A stretch of 64,000 nucleotides of DNA, from positions 150,144-214,143 of the forward strand of contig NZ_CANMRA010000002.1 of assembly GCF_947500125.1 (NCBI RefSeq), read 5' to 3'. Positions 17,923 through 29,783 of the stretch are shown here, piece after piece; within the stretch, counting starts at the first letter, position 1; every line of letters starts with the position of its first letter. A program made the translations under genes and the position numbers. This DNA is from an uncultured Kocuria sp. (GTDB taxonomy: Bacteria; Actinomycetota; Actinomycetes; Actinomycetales; Micrococcaceae). A model generated the notes under the pieces. It was given only the letters and a program-made list of their open reading frames with translations. It did no database searches and had not been told where the DNA came from.

Positions 17923-18450
17923 TCAGTCGGTGGACGCGGCCTTCTCCTCGGCCTCGGCGGCCGACTCGTAGTGGGACTGCTCGAAGCGCTCGCGGGCCTC
18001 CTCGACGAGGCGCTCCGCGGTCTCCCGGCCCTCCCAGCCCTCGCCCTTGACCCACTTGTTGGGCTCGAGGTCCTTGTAGCGCTCGAAGAAGTGCTGGATC
18101 TCCTTGAGCTTGAACTCGTCGATGTCGTCCAGGCCCTGGATGTGGTCGTAGCGCTTGTCCGTGGACACGCAGAGGATCTTCGCGTCCCCGCCGGCCTCGT
18201 CGTTCATGTTGAACACGGCGATGGGGCGGGACTCCACGAGCACGCCCGGCACGATCTCGAAGTCCAGGAGCACGAGTGCGTCCAGCGGGTCGCCGTCCTC
18301 GCCCAGGCTGTCCTCGAAGTAGCCGTAGTGGGCGGGGTACTGCATCGACGTGAACAGGACGCGGTCCAGGCGGAGGCGGCCGGTCTCGTGGTCGATCTCG
18401 TACTTGACGCGCGATCCCCGGGGGATCTCGATGGTGACGTCCAACTCCAT
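17923..18450 (-). CDS. ppa: Inorganic pyrophosphatase (family I)
   Basis: IEIPRGSRVKYE, LDRVL, YPAHYG, DGDPLD, GGDAK, FFERYKDLE. Confidence 0.96.
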   Translation of the reverse strand: MELDVTIEIPRGSRVKYEIDHETGRLRLDRVLFTSMQYPAHYGYFEDSLGEDGDPLDALVLLDFEIVPGVLVESRPIAVFNMNDEAGGDAKILCVSTDKRYDHIQGLDDIDEFKLKEIQHFFERYKDLEPNKWVKGEGWEGRETAERLVEEARERFEQSHYESAAEAEEKAASTD

Positions 18451-18662
18451 GGTGTTTCTCCTCGTGCTGGGAAGGCCTGTAAGGGCCGGGAAGGGCTGAC
18501 AGCGGCCGAGCACGGCCGCACCACCCGGTGGGGTGGGGCAGATCCGACACCCACGATAGCGGCGGCCCCGCGGGCGGCGGTAACCGTCCGGGCCGGGGCC
18601 GCGCCGGTCCGGGACCCGCGCAGGAGCCTCCGCGGGGCGGCGGCGCGGGCCACAATGGGGGC

Positions 18663-20123
18663 ATGAGCAGACCCCGACGCCACGGTCCCCCCGCCGGGCA
18701 GCGGCGGCCGCGGGCCCGCGGCGGCCGTGGTCACCGCGCCCTGACGGCGCTGCTCGCCACCGGCTGCCTGGGCGTGGCGGGCTGGCTGCACCCCCACTGG
18801 GCCCCCGCGCTGGGCCTCGGCGGCGACGACCTCCCGGCCGCCCGCGTCCTCCCGGCGCAGGCACCCGTCCCGGACGGGGCCGTTCCGCCCGACCCGGACG
18901 CCCCCGTCCCCGGTGCCGGGGAAGTGGCCGCGGCGGTGGACCCCGCGCTCGCCGGCGCTCCCGCGGGGCGGCGATCCGTCCTCGTGGCCGACGCCCTCAC
19001 CGGGGCCGCGCTGCTCGAGCGGGAACCGGACGTGCCGCTGGTCCCCGCCTCCAACCAGAAGCTCGTCACCGCGCTGTCCCTGTTCACCCACGCCGATCCC
19101 CGTCAGCGGCTGCGCACCGCGGTGGTCCAGGGGCAGGAGCCGGGAACGGTCGTGCTGGTGGCCGGCGGGGACACCCTGCTGAGCCCGGGCCGGTCCGACC
19201 CGGACGCCGTGCTGGGCCGCGCCGGGGTCCGGACCCTGGCGGAGGCGACGGCCCGGGCCCTCGCCGGGCGCGGGTCCGCCGGGCCCACCACCGTGCGGTG
19301 GGACACGAGCCTGTTCACCGGACCGGCCGTCAACGAGACCTGGGCCGCGGGCGACGTCGCGGCGGGGCAGATCGGGCCGGTCTCGCCCATGGCGTTCTGG
19401 TCCCACCGCGTGCCCGCGGGCGAGGGGCCGTCGGCCGAGCGGCCCGAGGACGCGGCACGGGACGTCGCCGAGGTCTTCGCGACCGAGCTCGCGGCACGGC
19501 TCGCCGCGCACGGGGTGCCCGGGCCCGTTCCCGAGGTCGCGCCCGGCCGGGCGCCGCAGGGGGCGGCCGAGCTGGCCGCCGTCGAGTCCGCGACCCTCGC
19601 GGAGCAGGCCGAGCTCATGCTGGAGGACTCCGACAACCACCTCGCCGAGGTCCTCTCGCGGCTCGCGGCCCGGGCGGCGGACCGGCCCGCGAGCATCGCC
19701 GGCGGCCGCGCCGCCGCGGCCGAGGCACTCGAGGCGCAGGACGTCGGCGCGGCCGGCGTGGAGCTCGCCGACGCGTCCGGGATGTCCCTGGCCAACCGGC
19801 TCCCGGCCCGCGCGCTCGAGGGCGTCGTGCGGGCCATGGTCACCGACCCCACGGGAGCGCTGACCCCGGGCGCCCGGGCCCTGCCGGTGGCCGGCGGCAG
19901 CGGGACCCTCGCCTGCCGGTTCGACGACGACGCCGAGCGCCCCGGGCGCGGCCTGGCGCGGGCGAAGACGGGCACGCTGAACTCCGTGGTCTCCCTCAGC
20001 GGCCACGTCACCACGGGCGGGGGGCGGCTGCTGACGTTCTCCGTGGTGCTCAACGAGGTCACCGACCCGGCCGCGGCCCGGGACGCCGTGGACCGGGCGG
20101 TGGCTGCCCTGGCCCGACTGTGA
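18663..20123 (+). CDS. dacB: D-alanyl-D-alanine carboxypeptidase/endopeptidase (peptidase S13)
   Basis: PASNQK (SxxK), SDN, KTG motifs; N-terminal TM; ATG 6 nt after CACAAT. Confidence 0.9.
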   Translation: MSRPRRHGPPAGQRRPRARGGRGHRALTALLATGCLGVAGWLHPHWAPALGLGGDDLPAARVLPAQAPVPDGAVPPDPDAPVPGAGEVAAAVDPALAGAPAGRRSVLVADALTGAALLEREPDVPLVPASNQKLVTALSLFTHADPRQRLRTAVVQGQEPGTVVLVAGGDTLLSPGRSDPDAVLGRAGVRTLAEATARALAGRGSAGPTTVRWDTSLFTGPAVNETWAAGDVAAGQIGPVSPMAFWSHRVPAGEGPSAERPEDAARDVAEVFATELAARLAAHGVPGPVPEVAPGRAPQGAAELAAVESATLAEQAELMLEDSDNHLAEVLSRLAARAADRPASIAGGRAAAAEALEAQDVGAAGVELADASGMSLANRLPARALEGVVRAMVTDPTGALTPGARALPVAGGSGTLACRFDDDAERPGRGLARAKTGTLNSVVSLSGHVTTGGGRLLTFSVVLNEVTDPAAARDAVDRAVAALARL

Positions 20124-20168
20124 CGGGCGGCACCGTGTGCTCCCAGGCGCGTGTGGTTGCATGAGGCC

Positions 20169-21350
20169 ATGAGCGCAGCACAACGACCGCCGGAGACGGA
20201 GGCGCCCGGGATCGTCCGGTGGGACCTCGCGGCCTCCGCCGCCGCCCGGCTCACCCCGCCGGGGCCGAGGATGTCCGCCCGGGCCATGCAGGCGGCCGTG
20301 GCCTCCATGCGCCGCCACGCCGAGGCGTCGGTGGACCACGTCCACCGCATCACCGGTCTGGAGGCCGCGCGGGACCTGCGGGACTCCACCGTGCTGGTCG
20401 TGGACCGGGCCGGGTGGTCGAAGGCCAACGCCCAGGCCTTCCAGGTGCTCATGGAGCCGGCGGTGGAGGCCCTGCGCCGGCGCCGCCCGGAGCAGTTCGG
20501 CGCGGCCGCCACCGCGCTCGGCGGCACGGCCACCGCCATGGAGATGGCGGCGGTGCTCGGGTTCCTCTCGGCCAAGGTCCTCGGCCAGTACGACCCGTAC
20601 GCCGGGCTGGTCTCCGCCGTGGCCGCGCAGCGGCACCCCGGCGGGCGGCTGATGCTCGTCGCGCCCAACATCCTCACGATCGAGCGGGAGCTCAACGTCG
20701 AGCCGGAGGACTTCCGGCTGTGGGTCTGCCTGCACGAGCAGACGCACCGCGTCCAGTTCGCGGCGGCCCCGTGGCTGCGGGAGCACATGATCGAGCAGAT
20801 CAACGAGCTCGCGGACTCCCTCATGGGCCACGCCGAGACCCTCGGGGCGCGGCTCACGGAAGCGGTCCGGTCCCTGCCCGGGCGCGGCTCGGGGACCGAG
20901 GAGCCCAAGGCCTCACTCGGCGTGGTGGGCCTGCTCATGGGGAAGCGGGAGCGGGAGGTGCTCTCCCACCTCACCGCGGTGATGAGCCTGCTCGAGGGGC
21001 ACGCGAACTTCGTGATGGACGGGGTGGACGCCTCCGTGGTGCCCTCCGTGAGGACGATCCGGCGGCGCTTCGAGCGCCGCTCCGAGCTGCAGGGCAGCCT
21101 CGACCGCTTCGTCCGGCGCCTGCTCGGGATGGACGCGAAGATGCGCCAGTACAGCGACGGCCAGCGGTTCGTCTCGACCGTGGTGGAGACCGTGGGGCTG
21201 GAGCGGTTCAACCGCATCTGGGAGGCCCCGGGGCACCTGCCCACGGAGGCCGAGATCCACGCCCCCGAGCGCTGGATCGAGCGCGTGCTGGGGCCGGCCG
21301 CCCCGCTCCGCCCGGCCGTCCGTGCGCCGGAACCGCCGAAAATGTGGTAG
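20169..21350 (+). CDS. Zinc-dependent metalloprotease, DUF2342 family
   Basis: WVCLHEQTHRVQF (HExxH), MSLLEGHA, KVLGQYDP; conserved position between dacB and tilS. Confidence 0.88.
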   Translation: MSAAQRPPETEAPGIVRWDLAASAAARLTPPGPRMSARAMQAAVASMRRHAEASVDHVHRITGLEAARDLRDSTVLVVDRAGWSKANAQAFQVLMEPAVEALRRRRPEQFGAAATALGGTATAMEMAAVLGFLSAKVLGQYDPYAGLVSAVAAQRHPGGRLMLVAPNILTIERELNVEPEDFRLWVCLHEQTHRVQFAAAPWLREHMIEQINELADSLMGHAETLGARLTEAVRSLPGRGSGTEEPKASLGVVGLLMGKREREVLSHLTAVMSLLEGHANFVMDGVDASVVPSVRTIRRRFERRSELQGSLDRFVRRLLGMDAKMRQYSDGQRFVSTVVETVGLERFNRIWEAPGHLPTEAEIHAPERWIERVLGPAAPLRPAVRAPEPPKMW

Positions 21351-21476
21351 AGAACACGCACCCCCGTTTGACATGCAGATTCATAGACATGACGACCGGG
21401 GGATCCGGTCGATGAGTTCTCGGTCACAGCGCGACACGCGGTAGGTCGGATCACCATTGTGTGACAAGATTTTTAC

Positions 21477-21956
21477 GTGAGCACAGAGAATATCGAACAG
21501 CAGGTCAAGCTGTACGGCCAGCCCCTGTCGGAGCGCTTCGGCACGGTCGTGCAGGCCTACGGCATCACGCAGCGGCGGTTGGCCGAGGTCCTCGGCCTCT
21601 CCGCTCCCATGCTGTCGCAGCTCAACAGCGGCCGCCGGATCAAGATCGGCAACCCGGCGGTCTACGAACGCCTGGTCATGCTGGAGCAGCGCATCGGCGC
21701 CCCGGAGATCGAGGAGACCCTCGCGGCGGTCGAGGCGTCCCAGCCGGTGCTGTCCACCACGCAGATCCAGGCGGGCATCCACAGCGAGACCAACGCCGTG
21801 GCGGCCCTGGCGCACGTGGTCCCGCGGCACGAGCTGGAGGCCGCCCTGGACCTGCTCGGCGAGACCGCCCCGACCCTCGCCAAGGTCGTGCGCCTGGCCG
21901 TGCGGGAGTCGCAGAACCAGCAGGCCGCGAGCGACCGCGAGGACGCCCGCCGGTGA
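21477..21956 (+). CDS. XRE-type helix-turn-helix DNA-binding protein
   Basis: YGITQRRLAEVLGLSAPMLSQLNSGRR; stop overlaps tilS start (GTGA). Confidence 0.85.
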   Translation: MSTENIEQQVKLYGQPLSERFGTVVQAYGITQRRLAEVLGLSAPMLSQLNSGRRIKIGNPAVYERLVMLEQRIGAPEIEETLAAVEASQPVLSTTQIQAGIHSETNAVAALAHVVPRHELEAALDLLGETAPTLAKVVRLAVRESQNQQAASDREDARR

Positions 21957-23077
21957 CCCAGTTCGCCCGCCGCGGCCGACTGTCCCCGGACGTCGCCGCG
22001 GGGCGGCGCCGTGTGCTCGACTCCGTCCGGCAGCACGTCCCCCGGGCGCCCGGGGATCTCCCGCTCGTGCTGGTCGCGTGCAGCGGCGGCCCCGACTCCC
22101 TCGCGCTGGCCGCCGTGGCGGCCCACTTCGCCCGGCGCGGCACGCTGCGCGTGGGCGCGGTGGTGGTCGACCACGGCCTGCAGGAGGACTCCGCGGCGGT
22201 CGCGGCCCGCACCGCCCGCACGCTCGAGCAGACCGGGCTGGCCCCCGTCGTCGTCACCGCCGTGACCGTGCGCCGGGACGCGGGCGGACCCGAGATGGCG
22301 GCCCGCACCGCCCGCTACGCGGGCATCGCGGAGGTCGTGGGCCGCACGGGCGCCGCCGCCGTGCTGCTCGGGCACACCCTGGACGACCAGGCGGAGTCCG
22401 TCCTGCTGGGCCTCGCCCGCGGCTCCGGCACCCGCTCGCTGGCCGGGATGCCGCCCGTGCGCGAGCTCGACGGCGTCACCTACCTGCGCCCGTTCCTCGA
22501 CCTCTCCCGCGCCCGGACCCTGCAGATCTGCGCGGCCGAGCAGCTCGAGCCGTGGCACGACCCCACGAACCGGGACACCACCCTGATGCGCTCCCGGGTC
22601 CGCCACCGCGTGCTGCCGCTGCTGGAGGAGGAGCTCGGCCCCGGCCTGGCCCGCGCCCTGGCCCGGTCCGCGGCGATCCTCGGCCCGGACGCGGACTACC
22701 TCGAGAGCGCGGCGGGCGAGCTGCTCGAGCGCGCCCGCGCCGCGGCCCCGGAGGTGCCCGGCTCCCTGGTCCTCGACCTCGCGACGCTGCGGGCGTCGCA
22801 CCCCGCGCTGCGCCGCCGCGCCCTGTCGGCCGCCGTGGTCGCCGCCGGCGGGCAGACCCCGGCCTACGAGCGGCTCGGCGCGCTGGACGAGTTCGCCGCC
22901 GGGCACGGCGCCGCGGGGCCCGTGCAGATGGCGGGTAAGGTGTCCGTGTGGCGCCGCCGCCCGACGGCGGGCACCCGTGGTCCGGGACACCTGGAGCTCG
23001 TCCGCCCGCGGCCCGCGGTCCCCGCGAGCGCCACCCGACCCGCATCCGCATCGTACGAGGAGCGCCGTGAAGGCTGA
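21953..23077 (+). CDS. tilS: tRNA(Ile)-lysidine synthetase
   Basis: VACSGGPDSLAL, VDHGL, LGHTLDDQAE, RP, DPTN, RSRVR. Confidence 0.95.
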   Translation: MTQFARRGRLSPDVAAGRRRVLDSVRQHVPRAPGDLPLVLVACSGGPDSLALAAVAAHFARRGTLRVGAVVVDHGLQEDSAAVAARTARTLEQTGLAPVVVTAVTVRRDAGGPEMAARTARYAGIAEVVGRTGAAAVLLGHTLDDQAESVLLGLARGSGTRSLAGMPPVRELDGVTYLRPFLDLSRARTLQICAAEQLEPWHDPTNRDTTLMRSRVRHRVLPLLEEELGPGLARALARSAAILGPDADYLESAAGELLERARAAAPEVPGSLVLDLATLRASHPALRRRALSAAVVAAGGQTPAYERLGALDEFAAGHGAAGPVQMAGKVSVWRRRPTAGTRGPGHLELVRPRPAVPASATRPASASYEERREG

Positions 23078-23618
23078 GGACGTCCAGGGGGATCTCACCG
23101 AGGTCCTGTACACCAAGGAAGAGATCGACACGAGGATCGCCGAGCTGGCGGCGGCCGTGGACGCCGACTACCGGGGCCGCGACGTCCTGCTCGTGGGCGT
23201 GCTCAAGGGTGCCGTGATGGTCATGGCCGACCTGTGCCGGGCGCTCCAGGGGCAGTACCCCATGGACTGGATGGCCGTGTCCTCCTACGGCTCCGGGACC
23301 AAGTCCTCGGGCGTGGTCCGCATCCTGAAGGACCTCGACACGGACCTCACCGGACGGGACGTGCTCATCGTCGAGGACATCATCGACTCCGGCCTGACGC
23401 TGTCCTGGCTGCGCGCCAACCTGGAGTCCCGCGGCACCGCCTCGGTGGAGATCTGCGCGCTGCTGCGCAAGCCCGAGGCGGCGAAGACCTCGATCGACGT
23501 CAAGTACGTGGGCTGGGACATCCCCAACGAGTTCGTCGTGGGCTACGGCCTCGACTACGCCGAGAAGTACCGCAACCTCGACTGCATCGCGACCCTGGCC
23601 CCCCACGTCTACGAGTGA
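23067..23618 (+). CDS. hpt: Hypoxanthine phosphoribosyltransferase
   Basis: VSSYGSGT, VLIVEDIIDSGLT, FVVGYGLDY. Confidence 0.97.
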   Translation: MKAEDVQGDLTEVLYTKEEIDTRIAELAAAVDADYRGRDVLLVGVLKGAVMVMADLCRALQGQYPMDWMAVSSYGSGTKSSGVVRILKDLDTDLTGRDVLIVEDIIDSGLTLSWLRANLESRGTASVEICALLRKPEAAKTSIDVKYVGWDIPNEFVVGYGLDYAEKYRNLDCIATLAPHVYE

Positions 23619-23808
23619 GCCGGGGCTCCGGCGGTCGCGCCCCGGGCAGTTCCCGGACGGCTGTCCGCTGACAGGGAACTCCCGGCCCGTCCGGGGCGGG
23701 ACCCGGAGTCCGGGCTGTACATTGTAGGTCTGCGTCCCCTGGACCCCCGGCCCTGGGCGGGCCCCGGCTCGAGGGGGCCGGACAACCATCCACGGGAGGA
23801 TCAGCGGC

Positions 23809-25977
<2,169 letters not shown>

Positions 25978-25989
25978 GCCGGGCCTAGG

Positions 25990-26736
25990 ATGGAGCGACA
26001 GCCGGTCGCGTCCGCCGACTCCCGTTCCGCCCGGCAGACCCGGCCGATCCCGAAGGAGGGCGCGTTGCCCCACGAGGCCCGCACGAAGCAGACGACCGCG
26101 CACGACCCCCGCGCGGAGGCGTTCGAGCCGCCGTACCCCGACCCGGCCCCCGCGCTGGAGGCCGGTGCCGGGGCGGTGGACCAGCCGCGTGTCGCGGCGG
26201 CCGTGCGGGAGCTGCTGCTGGCCATCGGCGAGGACCCCGACCGGGACGGCCTCCAGGGCACCCCGGGGCGCGTGGCGCGGGCCTACGCGGAGATGTTCGC
26301 GGGGCTGCACCAGGACCCCGCCGAGGTGCTCGGGACCACCTTCGACATCGGCCACTCCGAGATGGTCCTCGTGAAGGACATCGCCTTCTACTCGACCTGC
26401 GAGCACCACCTCGTCCCGTTCCACGGGCACGCGCACGTGGGCTACATCCCCGGCCACGACGGGATGGTCACCGGTCTGAGCAAGCTGGCCCGCCTCGTGG
26501 ACCTCTACGCGCGCCGGCCCCAGGTCCAGGAGCGGCTGACCACCCAGATCGTCGAGGCGATCGTGGAGCACCTCCAGCCGGCCGGCGTGATCGTGGTGAT
26601 CGAGTGCGAGCACCTGTGCATGTCGATGCGCGGGGTGCGGAAGCCGGGCGCGAAGACCGTCACCTCGGCCGTGCGCGGTCAGCTCCGCGAGACCGCCACC
26701 CGCGCCGAGGCCATGAGCCTCATCCTGGGGCGCTGA
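25990..26736 (+). CDS. folE: GTP cyclohydrolase I
   Basis: [39 protein letters not shown]; true start may be further downstream. Confidence 0.95.
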   Translation: MERQPVASADSRSARQTRPIPKEGALPHEARTKQTTAHDPRAEAFEPPYPDPAPALEAGAGAVDQPRVAAAVRELLLAIGEDPDRDGLQGTPGRVARAYAEMFAGLHQDPAEVLGTTFDIGHSEMVLVKDIAFYSTCEHHLVPFHGHAHVGYIPGHDGMVTGLSKLARLVDLYARRPQVQERLTTQIVEAIVEHLQPAGVIVVIECEHLCMSMRGVRKPGAKTVTSAVRGQLRETATRAEAMSLILGR

Positions 26737-26740
26737 GCGC

Positions 26741-27688
26741 GTGACCGGCCCCCACCGCACCGACTCCGCGCACCGGCCCTCCGGCTGGGGCGCCTTCGAG
26801 GGCCTGCCCACCGGACGCACCCTGGTCATGGGCATCCTCAACGTCACCCCCGACTCCTTCAGCGACGGCGGGGAGCACGCCGGGCACGAGGCCGCGATCG
26901 CCCACGGGCTGCGCATGATGGCCGAGGGCGCCGACATCGTGGACGTCGGGGGCGAGTCCACCCGGCCCGGCTCCGAACGGATCGCCCCCGCCGAGGAGAG
27001 GCGCCGGATCCTGCCCGTGGTCGAGGCCCTCGCCGCCGCGGGGGCGGTGCTCAGCGTCGACACGCTCCACGCCGGGACCGCCGAGGCCGTCCTGGACGCC
27101 GGGGCGCACATCGTCAACGACGTCTCGGGGCTGGCCGTCACCCAGGACATGATCGACCTGGTCGCCGAGCGGCAGGCGCCCTACGTCCTCATGCACGCCC
27201 GGGGCCTGCCCGACGTGCAGGACTCCCGGGCCGTCTACGACGACGTCGCCGGGGAGGTGCTCGGGGAGCTCGAGGCGCTGGCGGGGCGCTGCCTGGCCGC
27301 CGGCCTGGCCCCCGGGAAGCTGATCCTGGACCCCGGGCTGGGCTTCGACAAGCGGGGGCCGCAGAACTGGGAGCTGCTCCGGGCGCTGCCGCGCTTCGCG
27401 GCCACCGGCCACAAGGTGCTCGTGGCCGCGTCCCGCAAGCGCTTCCTCGGAGCCATGCTCGAGCAGGACGGGGTCCCGCGCCCGGCCGCCGGGCGGGACG
27501 CGGCGACGGCCGCGATCAGCGCGCTGTCCGCCCACGCCGGCGCGTGGTGCGTGCGCGTCCACGACGTGCGCCCGAGCGCCGACGCCGTGGCCGCCGCGCA
27601 CGCCTGGCGCGGCGTGGAGCCGGCCCTGCTGCGTCCCGGCGCGGACGCCGCCGTGCTGCCGGCGGGATCCCCCGGAGCGGACCGGTGA
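26741..27688 (+). CDS. folP: Dihydropteroate synthase
   Basis: MGILNVTPDSFSDGG, GGESTRPG, DPGLGF, SRKRF, RVHDV. Confidence 0.96.
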   Translation: MTGPHRTDSAHRPSGWGAFEGLPTGRTLVMGILNVTPDSFSDGGEHAGHEAAIAHGLRMMAEGADIVDVGGESTRPGSERIAPAEERRRILPVVEALAAAGAVLSVDTLHAGTAEAVLDAGAHIVNDVSGLAVTQDMIDLVAERQAPYVLMHARGLPDVQDSRAVYDDVAGEVLGELEALAGRCLAAGLAPGKLILDPGLGFDKRGPQNWELLRALPRFAATGHKVLVAASRKRFLGAMLEQDGVPRPAAGRDAATAAISALSAHAGAWCVRVHDVRPSADAVAAAHAWRGVEPALLRPGADAAVLPAGSPGADR

Positions 27689-28146
27689 ACCGGGTGCCGC
27701 ACGAGGGCGCGGACGCCGCCCGCATGCGCGCCGGGGAACGGGCGGGCCGCCAGCACGTCCCGGCGTCCTCCACACGGTCCCCCGACCGCCGCGACCGGAT
27801 CAACCTCCTGGGCGTCGGCGCGGTGGGCTACCACGGGGTCTTCGACCAGGAGAAGCGCAGCGGGCAGCCCTTCTTCGTGGACCTGGTCATGTACCTGGAC
27901 CTGGCCGCGGCGGGGGCCTCCGACGACGTCACCCTGACCGCCCACTACGGCGAGGTCGCCGAGGAGGTGCGGGACATCGTCATCGGCCCCAGCGTCAACC
28001 TGCTCGAGACCCTCGCCGACCGCATCGCCCGGCGGCTGCTCCACCGCTTCCCGCTCGAGGCGATCGAGGTCACCGTGCACAAGCCCAAGGCGCCCATCGA
28101 GGTGACGTTCTCCGACGTGTCCGTCACGATCTACCGGGAGCGCTGA
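27685..28146 (+). CDS. folB: Dihydroneopterin aldolase
   Basis: GYHGVFDQEK, QPFFVD, HYGEV, LLETLA, VHKP. Confidence 0.93.
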   Translation: MNRVPHEGADAARMRAGERAGRQHVPASSTRSPDRRDRINLLGVGAVGYHGVFDQEKRSGQPFFVDLVMYLDLAAAGASDDVTLTAHYGEVAEEVRDIVIGPSVNLLETLADRIARRLLHRFPLEAIEVTVHKPKAPIEVTFSDVSVTIYRER

Positions 28147-28147
28147 C

Positions 28148-28678
28148 GTGGGCACCCTGGCCGTCCTCGCCCTCGGCGCCAATCTCGGCGACCGGGAGGC
28201 CACCCTGCGCCGGGCCGCCCACGACCTGGCCGCGCACCCGCGGATCACGCTGACCCGCGCCTCGCCCATAGTGCGCTCCAAGCCGGTCGGCGGCCCGGCC
28301 GGACAGGGGGACTACCTCAACGCCGTCGTCGAGGTGGACACCGACCTGAGCCCATTCGGGCTGCTCCGGGCGTGCCAGGAGGTGGAGGAGCGCCACCACC
28401 GGACCCGCACCCAGCGGTGGGGGCCGCGCACCCTCGACGTCGACATCGTCGTCTACGGTGACCTCCACCTGGACGAGCCGGAGCTCACCGTGCCCCACCT
28501 GCGCGCCGCCACCCGCGCGTTCGTGCTCGTGCCCTGGGCCCTCATGGACCCCGGCGCGACGCTCGAGGGGCGCAGCGTCGCCGAGCTGGCCCGCCGGGCG
28601 GGCGACCTCGGCGGCCTCGGGCCCGACACGACCCCCCTGCTCGGCGAGGTCCCCGCCCCCGGCGGGGACGGGGACTGA
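28148..28678 (+). CDS. folK: 2-amino-4-hydroxy-6-hydroxymethyldihydropteridine diphosphokinase
   Basis: LALGANLG, YLNAV, RWGPRTLDVDI, LTVPH, RAFVLVP. Confidence 0.95.
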   Translation: MGTLAVLALGANLGDREATLRRAAHDLAAHPRITLTRASPIVRSKPVGGPAGQGDYLNAVVEVDTDLSPFGLLRACQEVEERHHRTRTQRWGPRTLDVDIVVYGDLHLDEPELTVPHLRAATRAFVLVPWALMDPGATLEGRSVAELARRAGDLGGLGPDTTPLLGEVPAPGGDGD

Positions 28679-28690
28679 GGAGGAGCCGCC

Positions 28691-29260
28691 GTGCACGTGC
28701 TCACGGTCCCGGCGCTGCTGATGTGCGCCGCCGCCGCCGGCGCCGTCGGCTGGACCGCCAACCGGCTGTCCACGGGGGCGGGCGGCCCGCTGCTGATCCT
28801 CCCGTGGGCCTCGCTCGCGGCCCTCGCCGCCGTGGCCGCCGCGCTGCTGGTGCTCGGCGTGCGGGTCAAGCGCCACCAGGAGGGTGCGCATCCCGAGCGC
28901 TTCGACCCGCTGATCGCGGCCCGCACCGCGGCCGGCGCGCAGGCGGTGGCCTGGGCGGGGGCGATGCTGACGGGCTGGCACGCCGCCGTCGCCGTCGAGC
29001 AGCTCGCCCTCGTGTCCGTGCGCTCCGAGCAGGGTCCGCTGTGGGCCAGCCTGGTCCACGCCGGGGCCGGGCTCGTGCTCGTCGTGGTGGGCTGGATCGT
29101 GGAGGGCTTCTGCAAACTGCCGCCGGATGATCCCGACGCGGAGGAGGGCGCCGAGTACCGTAGGGGACGGCAGAAGGAGCTCCCCGAGGGAGAAGGTGGT
29201 TATGCCCGAGAGATCCGCCCACGGGCCCGTCGGCGGCCCCGGGGCCGGGACGCCCGGTGA
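28691..29260 (+). CDS. DUF3180-family membrane protein
   Basis: Four TM segments, C-terminal VEGFCKLPPDD; conserved position after folK. Confidence 0.8.
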   Translation: MHVLTVPALLMCAAAAGAVGWTANRLSTGAGGPLLILPWASLAALAAVAAALLVLGVRVKRHQEGAHPERFDPLIAARTAAGAQAVAWAGAMLTGWHAAVAVEQLALVSVRSEQGPLWASLVHAGAGLVLVVVGWIVEGFCKLPPDDPDAEEGAEYRRGRQKELPEGEGGYAREIRPRARRRPRGRDAR

Positions 29261-29783
29261 CCGGGTGCCCCTGAGCAACCCCGCGATCGACCCCGAGGGC
29301 CTCGCCTGGACCAGGGTCTCGCCCCGGCACCTCACCGTGGTGGTCCTCTCCACCCTCCTCTCGACCCTGTTCTGGCTCGCGGCCCTGGGCTGGCCGGCGG
29401 TGCTGGCGGCCACGGGCGTCTGGGCCGGCGCCCCCCTGGGTCTGCTGCTGCTCCCGCCCGCGGCCGCCCTGGCGGCGGGCCTGCTCTCCGTGCTCCTGGC
29501 CCCGCGGCGGGTCCGGGCGATCGGCTACGCCGAGCGCGGCGAGGACCTGCTCGTGCGGCGGGGCCTGCTCTACCAGCGGGTCACGGTCATCCCCTACGGG
29601 CGGATGCAGTACGTGGACGTGTCGGTCTCCCCGCTGCAGCGCAGCTTCGGTCTGGCCACCGTGAAGCTGCACACCGCGGCCGTGGGCAGCCACGCCGAGA
29701 TCCCCGGCGTGGAGCACGCCGAGGCGTCCCGGCTGCGCGAGCGGCTCACCGCGCGCGGCGAGGCCCTCCTGGCGGGCCTGTGA
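29202..29783 (+). CDS. Membrane protein with bacterial PH domain (YdbS-like)
   Basis: Two TMs, IPYGRMQYVDV, PLQRSFGLATVKLHTA; alternative start GTG 29265. Confidence 0.85.
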   Translation: MPERSAHGPVGGPGAGTPGDRVPLSNPAIDPEGLAWTRVSPRHLTVVVLSTLLSTLFWLAALGWPAVLAATGVWAGAPLGLLLLPPAAALAAGLLSVLLAPRRVRAIGYAERGEDLLVRRGLLYQRVTVIPYGRMQYVDVSVSPLQRSFGLATVKLHTAAVGSHAEIPGVEHAEASRLRERLTARGEALLAGL

